Below are positions 30,360 through 41,425 of a stretch of 64,000 nt of DNA, piece after piece. How positions within the stretch are numbered: position 1 is the stretch's first letter; every line of letters begins with the position of its first letter. The stretch covers positions 288,001-352,000 of the forward strand of contig CAVYES010000004.1 of NCBI GenBank assembly GCA_963767735.1. Direction: 5' to 3'. The notes under the pieces were generated by a model. That model was given only the letters and a program-made list of their open reading frames with translations. It did no database searches and had not been told where the DNA came from. This stretch comes from Candidatus Bathyarchaeota archaeon. Lineage in GTDB: Archaea > Thermoproteota > Bathyarchaeia > Bathyarchaeales > Bathycorpusculaceae. A program made the position numbers and the translations under genes.

Positions 30360-31647
30360 ATGGATGGTGTGAGCAAGCGTTTAGCATTAGCAGTCACTTT
30401 TATCTTATTGACGGTTATACTGCCCTGTGCGACGGTAAACGCTCAGGCGTCTTCTGACGATTGGCCAATGTTACGTGCTGACCCGTCGCATACGGGAGCC
30501 GCCACAGGCGACACGGTGGTTACTCCCAATCTGCTTTGGAGCTATCCCACTCATGGCGGACCCGACAGCGGGGAATCTTCCCCAGCCATCGTCAAAGGCA
30601 TATTATACTTCGGTTCGACCGACGGAAACCTTTACGCTTTAAATGCAACAGACGGCATGAAGTTATGGAACTATAGCACTGGAGGCCCAGTTGAATCTTC
30701 GCCAGCAGTTGACAACGGAATCGTCTATGCTGGCTCAAGTAACGGCAGCCTTTATGCGTTAAATGCAACTAACGGTGACAAAATCTGGAGTTTCAGCACC
30801 GATATAATATATTCCTCACCGACTTTTACTAGATGACGTAGTTTACTTTGCAGGCAGCCACACTGTTTATGCTTTGAACGCCAAAAGCGGGTTGATGCTT
30901 TGGAATAACAGTATCACCTCGGCTTATTGGGGGATTTACTCATCTCCAGCCGTCGCCAATGGAGTTGTCTATATTGGCTCAGATGATCATAATCTTTATG
31001 CCCTGAACGCGACAGACGGCCGTCAACTCTGGGTTTACCCTACAGAAAACTGGGTTGAGTCATCGCCCACCGTTGCCAACGGCATAGTTTATGTCTCATC
31101 AGAAGACGAAAACCTGTATGCCTTAAACGCAGCTAACGGCCAAAAAATCTGGAACTACAACATTACACTTGACACTGCAAACGGCGAGTCTATCGCGGTT
31201 GCCAACAACGTGGTTTACGTTTTAAGCGGCCTTAACGGAGAAATTAAAGCTTTAAACGCCAAGACTGGAGAGCTAATATGGAGTTCAAGCACAACTGATT
31301 GTCAGCCATTCCCAATAATTGTAGGCAACGTGTTATATGTTGGAGGTATCGACAACCTTTTTGCTTTTAACGCTACCGATGGCAGTTGGCTCTGGAACTC
31401 TAATCAGACGGGAAATATTTTGTCTTCGCCTGCTTATGCCAACGGGGTAGTTTACGTTGACTCCACAAACGGAAACATTTACGCTTTTGGAACACCCTTA
31501 GCCACATCAGCCCAAGCAACGCCATCGCCAGCCTCAACTCAAGCCATCCCAGAGTTTTCATGGTTAGCAATTTCGCCTTTGTTTCTCTCAGTGCTGTTGA
31601 TTGCTGCCGTACTTAGGCATCGGAAAACCCTTAACCTGAAGCTTTGA
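30360..31647 (+). CDS. PQQ-like beta-propeller protein with PEF tail; frameshift near 30828
   Basis: ORFs 30360-30836 and 30874-31647 form one propeller; IPEF-TM-RHRK. Confidence 0.85.
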
Positions 31648-31736
31648 CCTTTTTTCACGGATAGGTGTATAGCCCCAATCGCCTGTAAAATAAAATCTTT
31701 TAAGCAAGGTCAAACCAAATACGAAATAGAAACTAA

Positions 31737-32084
31737 ATGTGGAAACGACATAGAACAGCAATTTTGACAGTAATCATAGTTAACATTTTGTTGGTGATGT
31801 TTTTTGTTTATATCAATTACAGCGTGTGGAATTATTTTAACAGCAATTTTAACAGCAATAACAACCTCGGCACAATTCAGATGAATCCAACTTGGATTTC
31901 GGGTTACATTGCAGGTTATCTAAGCAAGGGCAACTTTATACCCACTGGTGATTTCCTTTCAGCGCCTAACCTTCCTTTCTGGCTATTCTTCGTCTCAACA
32001 GCAATAAATCTAATCTTCATATTCTATTTCGTATTAAGCAGTGAAACAAAGCAGAACCCTTCTCAGAATGCCCCGACCAGTTGA
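31737..32084 (+). CDS. Small 2-TM membrane protein
   Basis: PNLPFWLFFVSTAINL; resembles the repeat unit in 49781-50611. Confidence 0.75.
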   Translation: MWKRHRTAILTVIIVNILLVMFFVYINYSVWNYFNSNFNSNNNLGTIQMNPTWISGYIAGYLSKGNFIPTGDFLSAPNLPFWLFFVSTAINLIFIFYFVLSSETKQNPSQNAPTS

Positions 32085-32178
32085 AATATAACCGTTCTCA
32101 GGGTGTTCTCAAAAAGAACAGGCTAAGGGTCGTGGTGTTCTTGGGGGAGTATTATTAGGCGCTTCGGCTAATAGATGA

Positions 32179-33078
32179 GTGGTGAAAAACCAAATGGTTG
32201 AAAAAAAAGTAATCTTATGTGCAGTACTTGCAATAGCTATTGGAATCGCAACAGTCATACCAATGGAATACATGATGGCGGCCCAAACAAAAGGAAATGC
32301 TGACTTGGCAAACGCTCAAGTTGTATCAACGCCTTGGTTCAACGTTAATGTTACATATGCTTATGTTAACCTTGACCAAAGTGGCTCAAATGGCACAGCG
32401 TCATGGGACGGCGTTGAACTCAATGGACTTGCAAACGTCACATTGACCCCTGCTGGCATGGCTCTCAAAGGTGCAGACGCAAAAATAGAATACTATCAGT
32501 TCCAGATCTCCTCTGACCAAGGACCAATCGCCAACGTAACCTACTCCGTCTGCTCAACCATAGAGGAAATAGGCTCTCATGGAAGCATAAACAACATTCC
32601 AGGCATTCCAGGCGGAGGCTATATGGCAATAACAGGTTATGGTCCAGGCACCAGCTACACCTTTGCAAACGGTGTCACATACAACGGCATTCCAAACTAC
32701 AACGGCTACTCCGGTGGATCAGGAGGCTTTACTGTATTCGTATATAACACCACCAGTACGCCAGGAGGACCAACCAACCAAACTTCTACTCAAGGATTCA
32801 TCAGCTCATACATAGCAAGCTACAACGGAAACCAAAACCAAGCAGTAACTGAACTTAGAAACGCTAAAACATTAAGCATCGACGTAACCAGAATAGGCTC
32901 AGTCAGCTACAACGGCAACGTCACGGTCAACATGGGACCAAGCAACCAAGTCCTGCAACATATAGTGCTTACAAAAGATGGCAACGCATTTATTTACGGA
33001 ACATGTAACCCAACGTTCCCAGTTCCAATCGAGAGCCCATCAAACCCCACCGGAGCTTGGCAAACAACGTATCCATAG
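32179..33078 (+). CDS. Membrane-anchored exported protein
   Basis: KKVILCAVLAIAIGIATVIP anchor; PWFNVNVTYAY; DAKIEYY. Confidence 0.85.
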   Translation: MVKNQMVEKKVILCAVLAIAIGIATVIPMEYMMAAQTKGNADLANAQVVSTPWFNVNVTYAYVNLDQSGSNGTASWDGVELNGLANVTLTPAGMALKGADAKIEYYQFQISSDQGPIANVTYSVCSTIEEIGSHGSINNIPGIPGGGYMAITGYGPGTSYTFANGVTYNGIPNYNGYSGGSGGFTVFVYNTTSTPGGPTNQTSTQGFISSYIASYNGNQNQAVTELRNAKTLSIDVTRIGSVSYNGNVTVNMGPSNQVLQHIVLTKDGNAFIYGTCNPTFPVPIESPSNPTGAWQTTYP

Positions 33079-33092
33079 GTTGTTGGCATAAA

Positions 33093-33534
33093 GTGGCTAA
33101 CGACGAACTCGAAGGCAACACATTAAACGTCTACGCATATGTAGTTCACGCAGCTAAGCCAGTGGGAACAAGAGAGGTAACAAGAGGAGCAAACATTAGC
33201 AGTACAAGCGTTGCGTCCAGGCAATTGCAGAAACTTGAAGACATGGGCTTAATCGAAAGAAACGAGTTATGGCGATTACATCCTAAAGGAGAAAACAAAC
33301 ATCAACGGGCACGTCTGGGTTGGACGAAACCTCGTACCACGATTGATGTTCTACTCCCTATTTTTTCTCGGAGCTTTCGCAGCCGAGATAACAATAATAC
33401 TCCTAAGCGCACTAATAAAGGGCTTTGTGGTTCAAGTCAGCTTCTACTTCTTAACGGGCATGACTGGCGTTGCTATGGCTCTCTTCCTGCTTGAGGGAGT
33501 CGAGTTATACCGTAAGCTTAACCCAAAGTATTGA
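33093..33534 (+). CDS. Membrane-anchored wHTH regulator, frameshift near 33265
   Basis: LEGNTLNVYAY..PVGTREVTRGANISSTSVASRQLQKLEDMGLI; the TM part continues in another frame. Paralog of 27199. Confidence 0.8.
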
Positions 33535-33936
33535 TACCGTCACGGAAAAGCCCATGCAGTTACGCTACTGACGCTAATGACACTATTTCCCCTACTCTTC
33601 TGATGGCTAGACATTTTTAAGCGGATTCTATGTAAGAAAATAGCAAATAAAAAAAAGGGGAACGCAGAAGCGAAAAATCTACTGTTGACATCAAAAGCCG
33701 AAGCCTAGACCAAACTAGACTATGACCAAATTTATAACTAAAAGATGAATTGACTTATCAAAAAAAGGAAGGATACAGTATAAATGCCCTTCTGGAAGAG
33801 TGAGTCCTTCGACTGCGCCAACTTATGCTATAAAAACTACTAGATTTTTTATCCCCTTTTCTTTTTTTGTTTGATCCTTAGGGTGCAGGAAGCGTGGCCG
33901 TAGGCCGCTTTGGGCAGTGAGTTATCATTTTGCAGA

Positions 33937-34527
33937 TCACGTTGTTTTTGGAGTGACTATCATTCCTAACACTAATCCACTGGGAAATGATTCTTCTCCA
34001 CTTGCATTAACAGGGTTACCTATGTTAACGCTAAGCGTATACTGGCCTAATGGCGCATTTGGCGCTAACTTGATTGTGAGAATGGTTGAGTTAGACATGT
34101 TTGGCTGCAGAGCCACCTGATTAGGGCTAAAAGAGTAGTTGAAGGCTTGTTGCTGAATAAGCGCTTGACCATTTTGCTCTACCTCGGGAAAGTCATTATC
34201 GTAATTTATGGTGCTATTGTAATAAATTACTGTCAGATTTTCCATCGGTACGTTTATCGTTTGATTAGTCTCTGATGAAATCGTTATATTTACCTGCAAC
34301 GGTAGCCCTTGCGAAACATTATTGAAATACCACGCGAATCCAGGAACTTCTGTAACTCCTGGGTTTAGAACGGTTACATAACTTGCTACATACCATGGGG
34401 GATTCAAAATTTGACCTGGCATAAATGGGGGTTTACCAGTGTTGAGCGTGTTGTTAGCTATTATTCCAGCGCTTATAGCAACTATCGCAAGAAAAGCCAA
34501 GATTCCAGCTTTAGCCGCCTTGTTCAC
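33937..34527 (-). CDS. Membrane-anchored Ig-like protein
   Basis: N-terminal TM; LTIKLAPNAPLGQYTLSV. Confidence 0.8.
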   Translation of the reverse strand: MNKAAKAGILAFLAIVAISAGIIANNTLNTGKPPFMPGQILNPPWYVASYVTVLNPGVTEVPGFAWYFNNVSQGLPLQVNITISSETNQTINVPMENLTVIYYNSTINYDNDFPEVEQNGQALIQQQAFNYSFSPNQVALQPNMSNSTILTIKLAPNAPLGQYTLSVNIGNPVNASGEESFPSGLVLGMIVTPKTT

Positions 34528-35000
34528 TTTTATCGAGCCCCTTTCTGCTTTAGGGATTAGATAATAAACGTAACAGAATATTTAACGCTTCATAATGGAA
34601 CGGCTATTACACTGTTCTTCTCAAGAGGCTTGTCCAGTTTTCTGGGCATTACTTATTTCTGAAGATAAGTGTGACTTACATTTCTAAGCAGTGCATATTG
34701 TCGATGATGGTTAGGCTACCGTTCTAAAAGATAGGTTAAAGAGCAAATTCAAGCTGAAGTAAATAGGGTGAAATAAGTGCGAGGGCTTTCCCACAGACCG
34801 GTGGGGATTGCTGTCCTTTGATGGAAATCGTTGCTGTCTCGGCGATTGTAGTCTATCATTTTGAAAGTCAACAAATTAAGAATGGAAACATTAATTCTTT
34901 TACAAATAGAAGGCACTCTGTCAACGCCGTCAAATCCTGCTACTACAACCACAGATGCATCTCCAATCTCAAAGGATAAGGCGACGTGTGGCGAAACGTT

Positions 35001-35522
35001 TTATGGCGCTGGAAAGGCTCCAAGCCAACCAAACACTAATTCATAGTGATCTACATCGTGTTGTTGAGTTGTAGTCATGTATATATTAAATGATAAAGTT
35101 TCGCCGTTGCTCAAGCCCTGTTGATTATAATTAGGGTGTGAATCAGGCGGGATGAACTCTTGAGCATTTATCTGTGTGCCGTTCTTATCATATTCTTTAG
35201 CGATCAGAATAAACCACGCATACCCTGTATTATCTTGAGTCAAGTTGTTTGGTGGAGGTTGTTGAGGTGTGTAGTCATTTCTGACTGTTACATTTATTAT
35301 GAAGCAGGGAGTTCCGTCGTATTTGCCGTAACTTGAATTTGCTGACAACAGATAGATGCTACTGTTAACTATGTAACTAGGCGCTGGAGGTTCAACAACT
35401 GCTGCAGAAGGGCCTACACTAGCTGTTGAATTCGCAGTTAACTGCAAGAAAACAACTATTCCTGTTACAATTACTATCACCATAACAACTATAATTTCGA
35501 GAGTTCTCCTTCGAAATTTCAT
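35001..35522 (-). CDS. Membrane-anchored exported protein
   Basis: CFIINVTVRNDYTPQQPPP; paralog of 44020-44555. Confidence 0.82.
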   Translation of the reverse strand: MKFRRRTLEIIVVMVIVIVTGIVVFLQLTANSTASVGPSAAVVEPPAPSYIVNSSIYLLSANSSYGKYDGTPCFIINVTVRNDYTPQQPPPNNLTQDNTGYAWFILIAKEYDKNGTQINAQEFIPPDSHPNYNQQGLSNGETLSFNIYMTTTQQHDVDHYELVFGWLGAFPAP

Positions 35523-35813
35523 GTTAATGATTCGCCCGTCTTTTCTTTTCTACACTATACTATAAGTCGATTCTTATTTATGCAGCTTTAGAACGAGGTT
35601 GTCAATGAACACGCGGTTATGTTCGTAGATTTTAAAGCGTATTCGGTGCCCTGGCTATTATCCTTACACGAAACGATACGCCGTCAGCAGTGCTTTGTAA
35701 ACGCCTCTAACCGTCTTACCTAACAAAGCCATAAACAAGCCCTTCCTAACATTTAGGTAAGAAAGTCCCTCTCACTCCACATCAAGGGTCTTTAGTTAAT
35801 TTTGGAAGCTCTT

Positions 35814-36918
35814 GCTGATTTAAAACCTTATAAGCCGAAAGCATCCAAATAGAATTTGGGGCACTAAAATGTTTCAATATTCATACGCAGCCCAATCAGG
35901 AATACCAACGCTGCAAGAACATTTGGAGCTGCCTGCTAAAACCAAGAAATGTTTCAATAAAAAACTCTTCATCCCTCTAGTCGCCGCGACAGCAATCATA
36001 GTCGTGATTGTTGCGCTTTTGCTCCCTTCGGGATCTGCAACTATACAGTTAAACGTCAACTACAACGTCGGCGAAAAAATGATCTACAACACCACGGATA
36101 CTACAACGTTATTGAATTTACCAAGCGGTAGCAACCTCCAACCCGAAAACAGCACCACCACCAGCACTGGACAGGAAATCATGGACGTACTAAGCTTTGA
36201 CGGACAAACATACACGATTAACGATACAGTCACATTGACCATTGAAGGTCTAACTAACCTAAACAACCTTAACAGACCATTCAGCATCTCTACAACTGAA
36301 GAAATCAACAGAACAGGCTACGAAGAGAGATTCTTAAGCTTCCTAAACACAACTACACAGCTCCCATCAAACGAATTAAACAGCAACCAAGATCTTGAGC
36401 AATTGCTAAGTGTACCCGAAGTAAAAGTTGGCGACACGATAACCATACCAGAACAATCTTTGCTAGGAAACTTATCCTCAGCAAACTTGGAAGTAACGGG
36501 GTATCTGACAATGACATTCAAGGGCTTTCAGGATTTAACTGTACCTGCTGGAACCTTCAGGGTATTTGAAGTAGACTTAGTAAGCCATGACGTATCGACA
36601 ACCATGAAACTGCAGCTGCCAGAAATCACCCCAGAACCGACTCCACCCCTAAACTTATCTTTGACCTATGTTGGAAACTCACCAATTCCTCAACAATCTA
36701 TCACTCCGCATTTAGCCACTTTTACATCAACATCGACCTCGAATATGACTGAGCAGACTTTCATAGAAGTCAACACCATGCGGCTAATCCAAACGACATC
36801 AGACGATACATTCATCACCCAAACACCAAATGGGAACTACACATCGATCTCAATAAGCGCGGAGACCCTCAATCAAGATATTAACCCATAGAAACTTTTT
36901 AGATTGCGCTTGTGGCCA
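35814..36918 (+). repeat. 1.1 kb inverted duplication, copy A
   Basis: Identity spans the promoter TTGCTGATTTAAAACCTTATAAGC to TAGAAACTTTTTAGATTGCGCTTGTGG. Confidence 0.9.
35869..36891 (+). CDS. Membrane-anchored exported protein (copy A)
   Basis: TM, YNVGEKMIY, DLTVPAGTFRVF; near-identical to 53172-54191. Confidence 0.88.
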   Translation: MFQYSYAAQSGIPTLQEHLELPAKTKKCFNKKLFIPLVAATAIIVVIVALLLPSGSATIQLNVNYNVGEKMIYNTTDTTTLLNLPSGSNLQPENSTTTSTGQEIMDVLSFDGQTYTINDTVTLTIEGLTNLNNLNRPFSISTTEEINRTGYEERFLSFLNTTTQLPSNELNSNQDLEQLLSVPEVKVGDTITIPEQSLLGNLSSANLEVTGYLTMTFKGFQDLTVPAGTFRVFEVDLVSHDVSTTMKLQLPEITPEPTPPLNLSLTYVGNSPIPQQSITPHLATFTSTSTSNMTEQTFIEVNTMRLIQTTSDDTFITQTPNGNYTSISISAETLNQDINP

Positions 36919-37083
36919 CGCTCTGTGCTTCACCTCTAATGTCATTTGCAATGGTGCCTTTCTGCCCGTTCTTAACGCTATAAGCCGTTAAGACAAGGTT
37001 GCTCACCCCAATGAGAAGCATGAGACTCAAGTTATCACGAATTTAGGAACACGCATGCGAGCGCCTTTTGCGGTCGCTAATGG

Positions 37084-38433
37084 TCAGGGCTGGGTCTGAT
37101 AGACGTATTCGTAGGAAGATGGCAGTGGGCATTGTGGATCAGCGTAGACGATGTCAGTTCTCAACCCGTGCTGCTGCAGAACCGTTTGCATAAGATTATA
37201 ATATTGCACGGTTGCGTTGTCTGGCTGAAAGATTCCCCAAATATGGTCTGTCGGCCACCTAGCCCCCCAACCATAGTCTGCCGGTAAAACAAGCACCGCG
37301 TCAGCTTTGATTGAGCCTTGAGTTATCTTGTGGTTTACAGCATCGTCCCAGAAGGTCTGCATTGAATTGAAGTCTTGTTGGGTTATAGTGCCATAGGCGG
37401 ATTGGTTGTTAGGGTAGTAATCGAATACGATTATGTATTTGGCGCCGCATTCATATGAGTCAGTCATTTGACTGAGTATGTTAGTTGAGTTATCAAGGTA
37501 GGGAGGTTGCTGGTATTTCCAGGTTATTATAGTTCCCCACTCTTTGCCCTGCAGTGTGGCTGCTCCCCTAATGAATGCAATCTGCTGCGTAACCGACAGA
37601 TTCCACCCTAGTTGCCCTAGCACAACATCGTATCCTGAGAGATAATCGAACCAGAAAAACGCATAATCCGAAGTGAAAACCTTGGCTCCGTTAGTTTTAA
37701 TAAAGTCGATGCTGCTTTGGTCATTTTCCTCGAATCTTTGGGCAGTGTCTGCGAGACTGTTAAAAGGACGGCTGGAGTTGAGCTCTTGGTAGCTTGTATA
37801 GTCGAAGTCGGCTAGCCCATTTGTGGCCTTTACAATTTGGATCGTGCCGTTGGGGTAGAAGGTGGCTTCGTTATCGATGTTTGAATTGCTGGTTGGGTCG
37901 GGCTGGTAGAGGTTGATGTCGCCGTTCATTTCGTACTGGATGATGACGCCGTCCGGTTTCTGGACGACGATGTCTCCGTATTCGGTTTTGGTGATTGTGT
38001 CGCTTGTGGCTGAATCATTAAAGTAGACGTAGGAGTCAAGCATTTTTCCGCCTGGTTCGTCGCCGTAGTAGACACCTAAAAGATGGCTTCCCCACCGCTG
38101 TTCGGCGCTGACGAGCCAAGCCGCGAAGGTCGATGGCACGTAGGCGCCAAAGTAAGGCAGGAAGTACATTCCCGCCGCTACAGCGTAGTCACCAAGCTCG
38201 TTGACGCTGTTGAAATCCTGCTCTAAAACTCCTGACTGTAACACAAAAAGGTTCGCGTAACCTTTCACCTTATCAACCAACTGTTCACCCTGCGCCACAG
38301 AGTTGCCGCCGAAGGACACACCAACAAACGTGTTCGTGAGCTTCTGGTCAGGTCGGTTCGTGTTGAGTATGACAGCGACCAGGGCAACGGTGATGATTGC
38401 CACGAAAAGCATTCCAGCAAGCGTTCGATTCAT
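37084..38433 (-). CDS. Membrane-anchored exported protein, possible glycoside-hydrolase-like barrel
   Basis: FVGVSFGG, YYGDEPGGKMLD, FTSDYA..WFDY, RGAA; paralog of 45948-47501. Confidence 0.85.
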   Translation of the reverse strand: MNRTLAGMLFVAIITVALVAVILNTNRPDQKLTNTFVGVSFGGNSVAQGEQLVDKVKGYANLFVLQSGVLEQDFNSVNELGDYAVAAGMYFLPYFGAYVPSTFAAWLVSAEQRWGSHLLGVYYGDEPGGKMLDSYVYFNDSATSDTITKTEYGDIVVQKPDGVIIQYEMNGDINLYQPDPTSNSNIDNEATFYPNGTIQIVKATNGLADFDYTSYQELNSSRPFNSLADTAQRFEENDQSSIDFIKTNGAKVFTSDYAFFWFDYLSGYDVVLGQLGWNLSVTQQIAFIRGAATLQGKEWGTIITWKYQQPPYLDNSTNILSQMTDSYECGAKYIIVFDYYPNNQSAYGTITQQDFNSMQTFWDDAVNHKITQGSIKADAVLVLPADYGWGARWPTDHIWGIFQPDNATVQYYNLMQTVLQQHGLRTDIVYADPQCPLPSSYEYVYQTQP

Positions 38434-38657
38434 CCTGAGTCCCAAAGTAGAATATATCAGGCAGTTGAAGATAAAATTTTTCAAATTGGCGCTCGGAAAA
38501 AAGGAAGTCGCCGCAAAGCAGGGTTCCAAGAGGTAGCAAACCTGCGTTTAACTGAGACGCTTGCTTGGACAAATGTACAACAGATTTCGGTTCCATGACC
38601 CTTCTGGGAAAAATTAAAATAAGCAAAGTTGCTATAGCACAAGTGAAGGCTTGGCTG

Positions 38658-41258
38658 ATGTTAAGTCGCTTTCAGAAAGTCTTACTTATCAGCTTATTAG
38701 TCAGCGGGATGCTTCTCCCCGCAGAGGTTTCTTTCGTTTCATCCGCTCAGGGCAACATATTCATAAACAGCATGTCCACCAGCAAGGTCGGGCAAATCAT
38801 TCAATCAGGAGGACAAGTAAACCTCTATTTGGGCTATGTAATGTGGGCAACTGACGCCTCTACGATGTACCTGTTCATGAGTACAGATAACTCACCAACG
38901 ATTACGTCAGGCGACTTCGTCTATACTCCGCAATTGACCATCGCCAACGTGGAATCCGCGACAGGGACAACTAGCTACAGCGACAACGACGGCGGTGCAT
39001 GGGTCGTTGGCAACGGCTGGGTCAACGGCACAATAGCACAAAATCTTGCCTTGGGAAACTACTATATTAAAGCTTTCGACCAAAGCAGCAGCAGTAGCGA
39101 AGTCGCGGTAACGGACACCTACATCACCGTCAACACGAAAACATACAATTCAACCCTGAACATTAGTCCATCGGCTGGACCAGGAGGCGTTACGATTCAG
39201 TTCACAGGCTCCAGTTATCCGCCAAACGCTCAAGTTGCAATTTCGTACTACAACCCCACTTTTGGAACTTGGAACCTGATGACTACAACAACCGCTAACC
39301 AAACGGGAAATATCATCGCCACGTCCCAAGCTCCTGACCTCCAGAAATCCCTCCCAAGCGGCGACTCCCCTCAACAGTTCAACCAGATATCCTATAGCGC
39401 CTCGGTCAACTCAATCGTCTACGCCACCGCCAACTACGACGAATATGAACGTGGCTTGTCCATGGTGGGAAATGCGGTCGCCAATGGACTGTACGGCAAC
39501 GGCACTAACTTGGTCACCACAGTCAAAGTTATGCCGGGAGATAGCCTGACCATAGCTGGTCAATGGTTCTGTCCAGGCATAGTCTACATCAGATGGGACG
39601 GGTCGCAGGTCGTTGGCACGGTCACGGCTGACCAATGGCAAAATGCAACAGTCCTAGGCACCACCGCTGCGGGCACAAATGGCACTTTTGAAACCACGGT
39701 GACTATTCCGCAGGCGGAGACAGGTGACCACTACATCCAAATCGAGGACTCACAGACATGGATGGTTGTAACCGTCTTCCTCAGCACCGGAACCCTCTCG
39801 GTTACGCCAAGCAGCGGTCCAGGAGGTGCCACCGTCCAATTCACGGGCACACTTTACCCAGCATCAACCGCAGTGAACTTCACCTACTTGAACCCGACCT
39901 ACGACACCTGGGATTATATGGCGACAACCACGTCGGATTCTTCAGGTAACATCGCCCTAAGCTGCCAGATGCCGGACTTACAATACGTGTATTCACAAGG
40001 CGACTCAGGCTCAGAAAATGCGAGCTTAGGTGCTCTATCATTTATGACAGAAATCAACGGCGCGGTATGGGCCTACGTAACCTACAACGAGCAGTACCGT
40101 GGCTTAGAACAAGTTGGCAACGCGATTGCCAGTGGACTCTATGGCAACGGAACTAACCTGGCGTCAAGCGTCACCGTGACTCCAGGCAGCAGTATTGTCA
40201 TCTCAGGCGAAGGCTTCCATCCAGGCATCATTTACATTCGATTCGACGGTTCAGCATTCGTCGGCACCGTAACTGCAAGCCAATGGCAATCTGCCCAAAT
40301 CTTAGCTTCAACAGCCGCCAGCGCAGGAGGCGACTTCTCAACCTACGTGACGATTCCCACAGCGCAGGCGGGTTCCCACTTCATTCAGGTTGAAGACTCC
40401 CAGACATGGATGGTTGTAACCATAAACGTGGCAGGCTCAACGTCGCCTACACCGACGCCGACTCCATATCCGTCGTCAACTCCAACGCCCACTCCAAGCC
40501 CAACAGCAATCCAGACACCAAGTCCAACTCCAGCATCAAAACTGCCATCCCCGAATTTATCTTTCTGTTGCATAAGTTCTACGACAACTTCTGGATTTAA
40601 CGTTCAAATTCAGGGTTCACTAACATATAATGGAGTAGGCTTATCTGGTGCTGGAATACAGCTTTCTGGCAGCGTCACAGGCGGAGTCACTTGGCAAGAC
40701 TTAACTTACGTAAACACAGATAATAACGGAAGTTTCACGTGCGTGTGGACCCCTTCTGTTTCAGGAAATTATGGCATTAAGGCAACGTGGTCAGGCAACA
40801 GCGACTATTCAAATGCAAGTGCAGAATACAACTTTGCAATTGCCCCTTTCAACAATCAAGAACAAAATGTCTTTTCTGCAACTTCAAATTCAACGCTTAC
40901 AAGCTTAACGTTTGACTCAACAACAAATGAGTTAAGCTTCGGCGTCTCAGGACCTTCAGGAACAACAGGAGTGACGACGGTTTGCATTCCACAATCACTT
41001 ATTCCCGATATTTCAAAACTCACTGTAATGTTAGACGGCACATCAATTAATTATACTTCAATTTCGGAAGGCAATGTTTGGCTAATAACTTTTATTTATC
41101 ATCACAGTAGCCACACCGTAGTTATAGCACTCGGGGTGTCCACTGTTCCGGAGTTTCCAACGTTGATAATTCTGCCACTTTTTGCAATAGCCATACTGCT
41201 ATCAACTGTATTTATCAGAAAGAGAATACCCAAAAAGAACATTACTTTTCTTGATTAA
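38658..41258 (+). CDS. Large surface glycoprotein with internal ~210 aa duplication, Ig-like domain and PEF tail
   Basis: Two PS.GPGG.T.QFTG...GLYGNGTNL...IQ.EDSQTWMVVT units; TP linker; VPEF-TM-RKR. Confidence 0.9.
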   Translation: MLSRFQKVLLISLLVSGMLLPAEVSFVSSAQGNIFINSMSTSKVGQIIQSGGQVNLYLGYVMWATDASTMYLFMSTDNSPTITSGDFVYTPQLTIANVESATGTTSYSDNDGGAWVVGNGWVNGTIAQNLALGNYYIKAFDQSSSSSEVAVTDTYITVNTKTYNSTLNISPSAGPGGVTIQFTGSSYPPNAQVAISYYNPTFGTWNLMTTTTANQTGNIIATSQAPDLQKSLPSGDSPQQFNQISYSASVNSIVYATANYDEYERGLSMVGNAVANGLYGNGTNLVTTVKVMPGDSLTIAGQWFCPGIVYIRWDGSQVVGTVTADQWQNATVLGTTAAGTNGTFETTVTIPQAETGDHYIQIEDSQTWMVVTVFLSTGTLSVTPSSGPGGATVQFTGTLYPASTAVNFTYLNPTYDTWDYMATTTSDSSGNIALSCQMPDLQYVYSQGDSGSENASLGALSFMTEINGAVWAYVTYNEQYRGLEQVGNAIASGLYGNGTNLASSVTVTPGSSIVISGEGFHPGIIYIRFDGSAFVGTVTASQWQSAQILASTAASAGGDFSTYVTIPTAQAGSHFIQVEDSQTWMVVTINVAGSTSPTPTPTPYPSSTPTPTPSPTAIQTPSPTPASKLPSPNLSFCCISSTTTSGFNVQIQGSLTYNGVGLSGAGIQLSGSVTGGVTWQDLTYVNTDNNGSFTCVWTPSVSGNYGIKATWSGNSDYSNASAEYNFAIAPFNNQEQNVFSATSNSTLTSLTFDSTTNELSFGVSGPSGTTGVTTVCIPQSLIPDISKLTVMLDGTSINYTSISEGNVWLITFIYHHSSHTVVIALGVSTVPEFPTLIILPLFAIAILLSTVFIRKRIPKKNITFLD

Positions 41259-41425
41259 CCTTGAGCATTTTAGCCTATTTCTAAGCTTTTCAGATTTAAG
41301 ACTTATCTACTCTAAATAGCGAGGTTCTTAACCCTTGAATGCACTCGGCAATAGCACTGCACGCTTTTTGCGTCAAGAAATCTTTACAAGAACCCTTTTA
41401 TCGAAAACCGTCTCTAAGACTAAAT

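Noticed and set aside
30828-30840. Stop-codon readthrough or pyrrolysine in the split PQQ gene
   Set aside because: The halves are in different frames; a 1-nt insertion explains the split.
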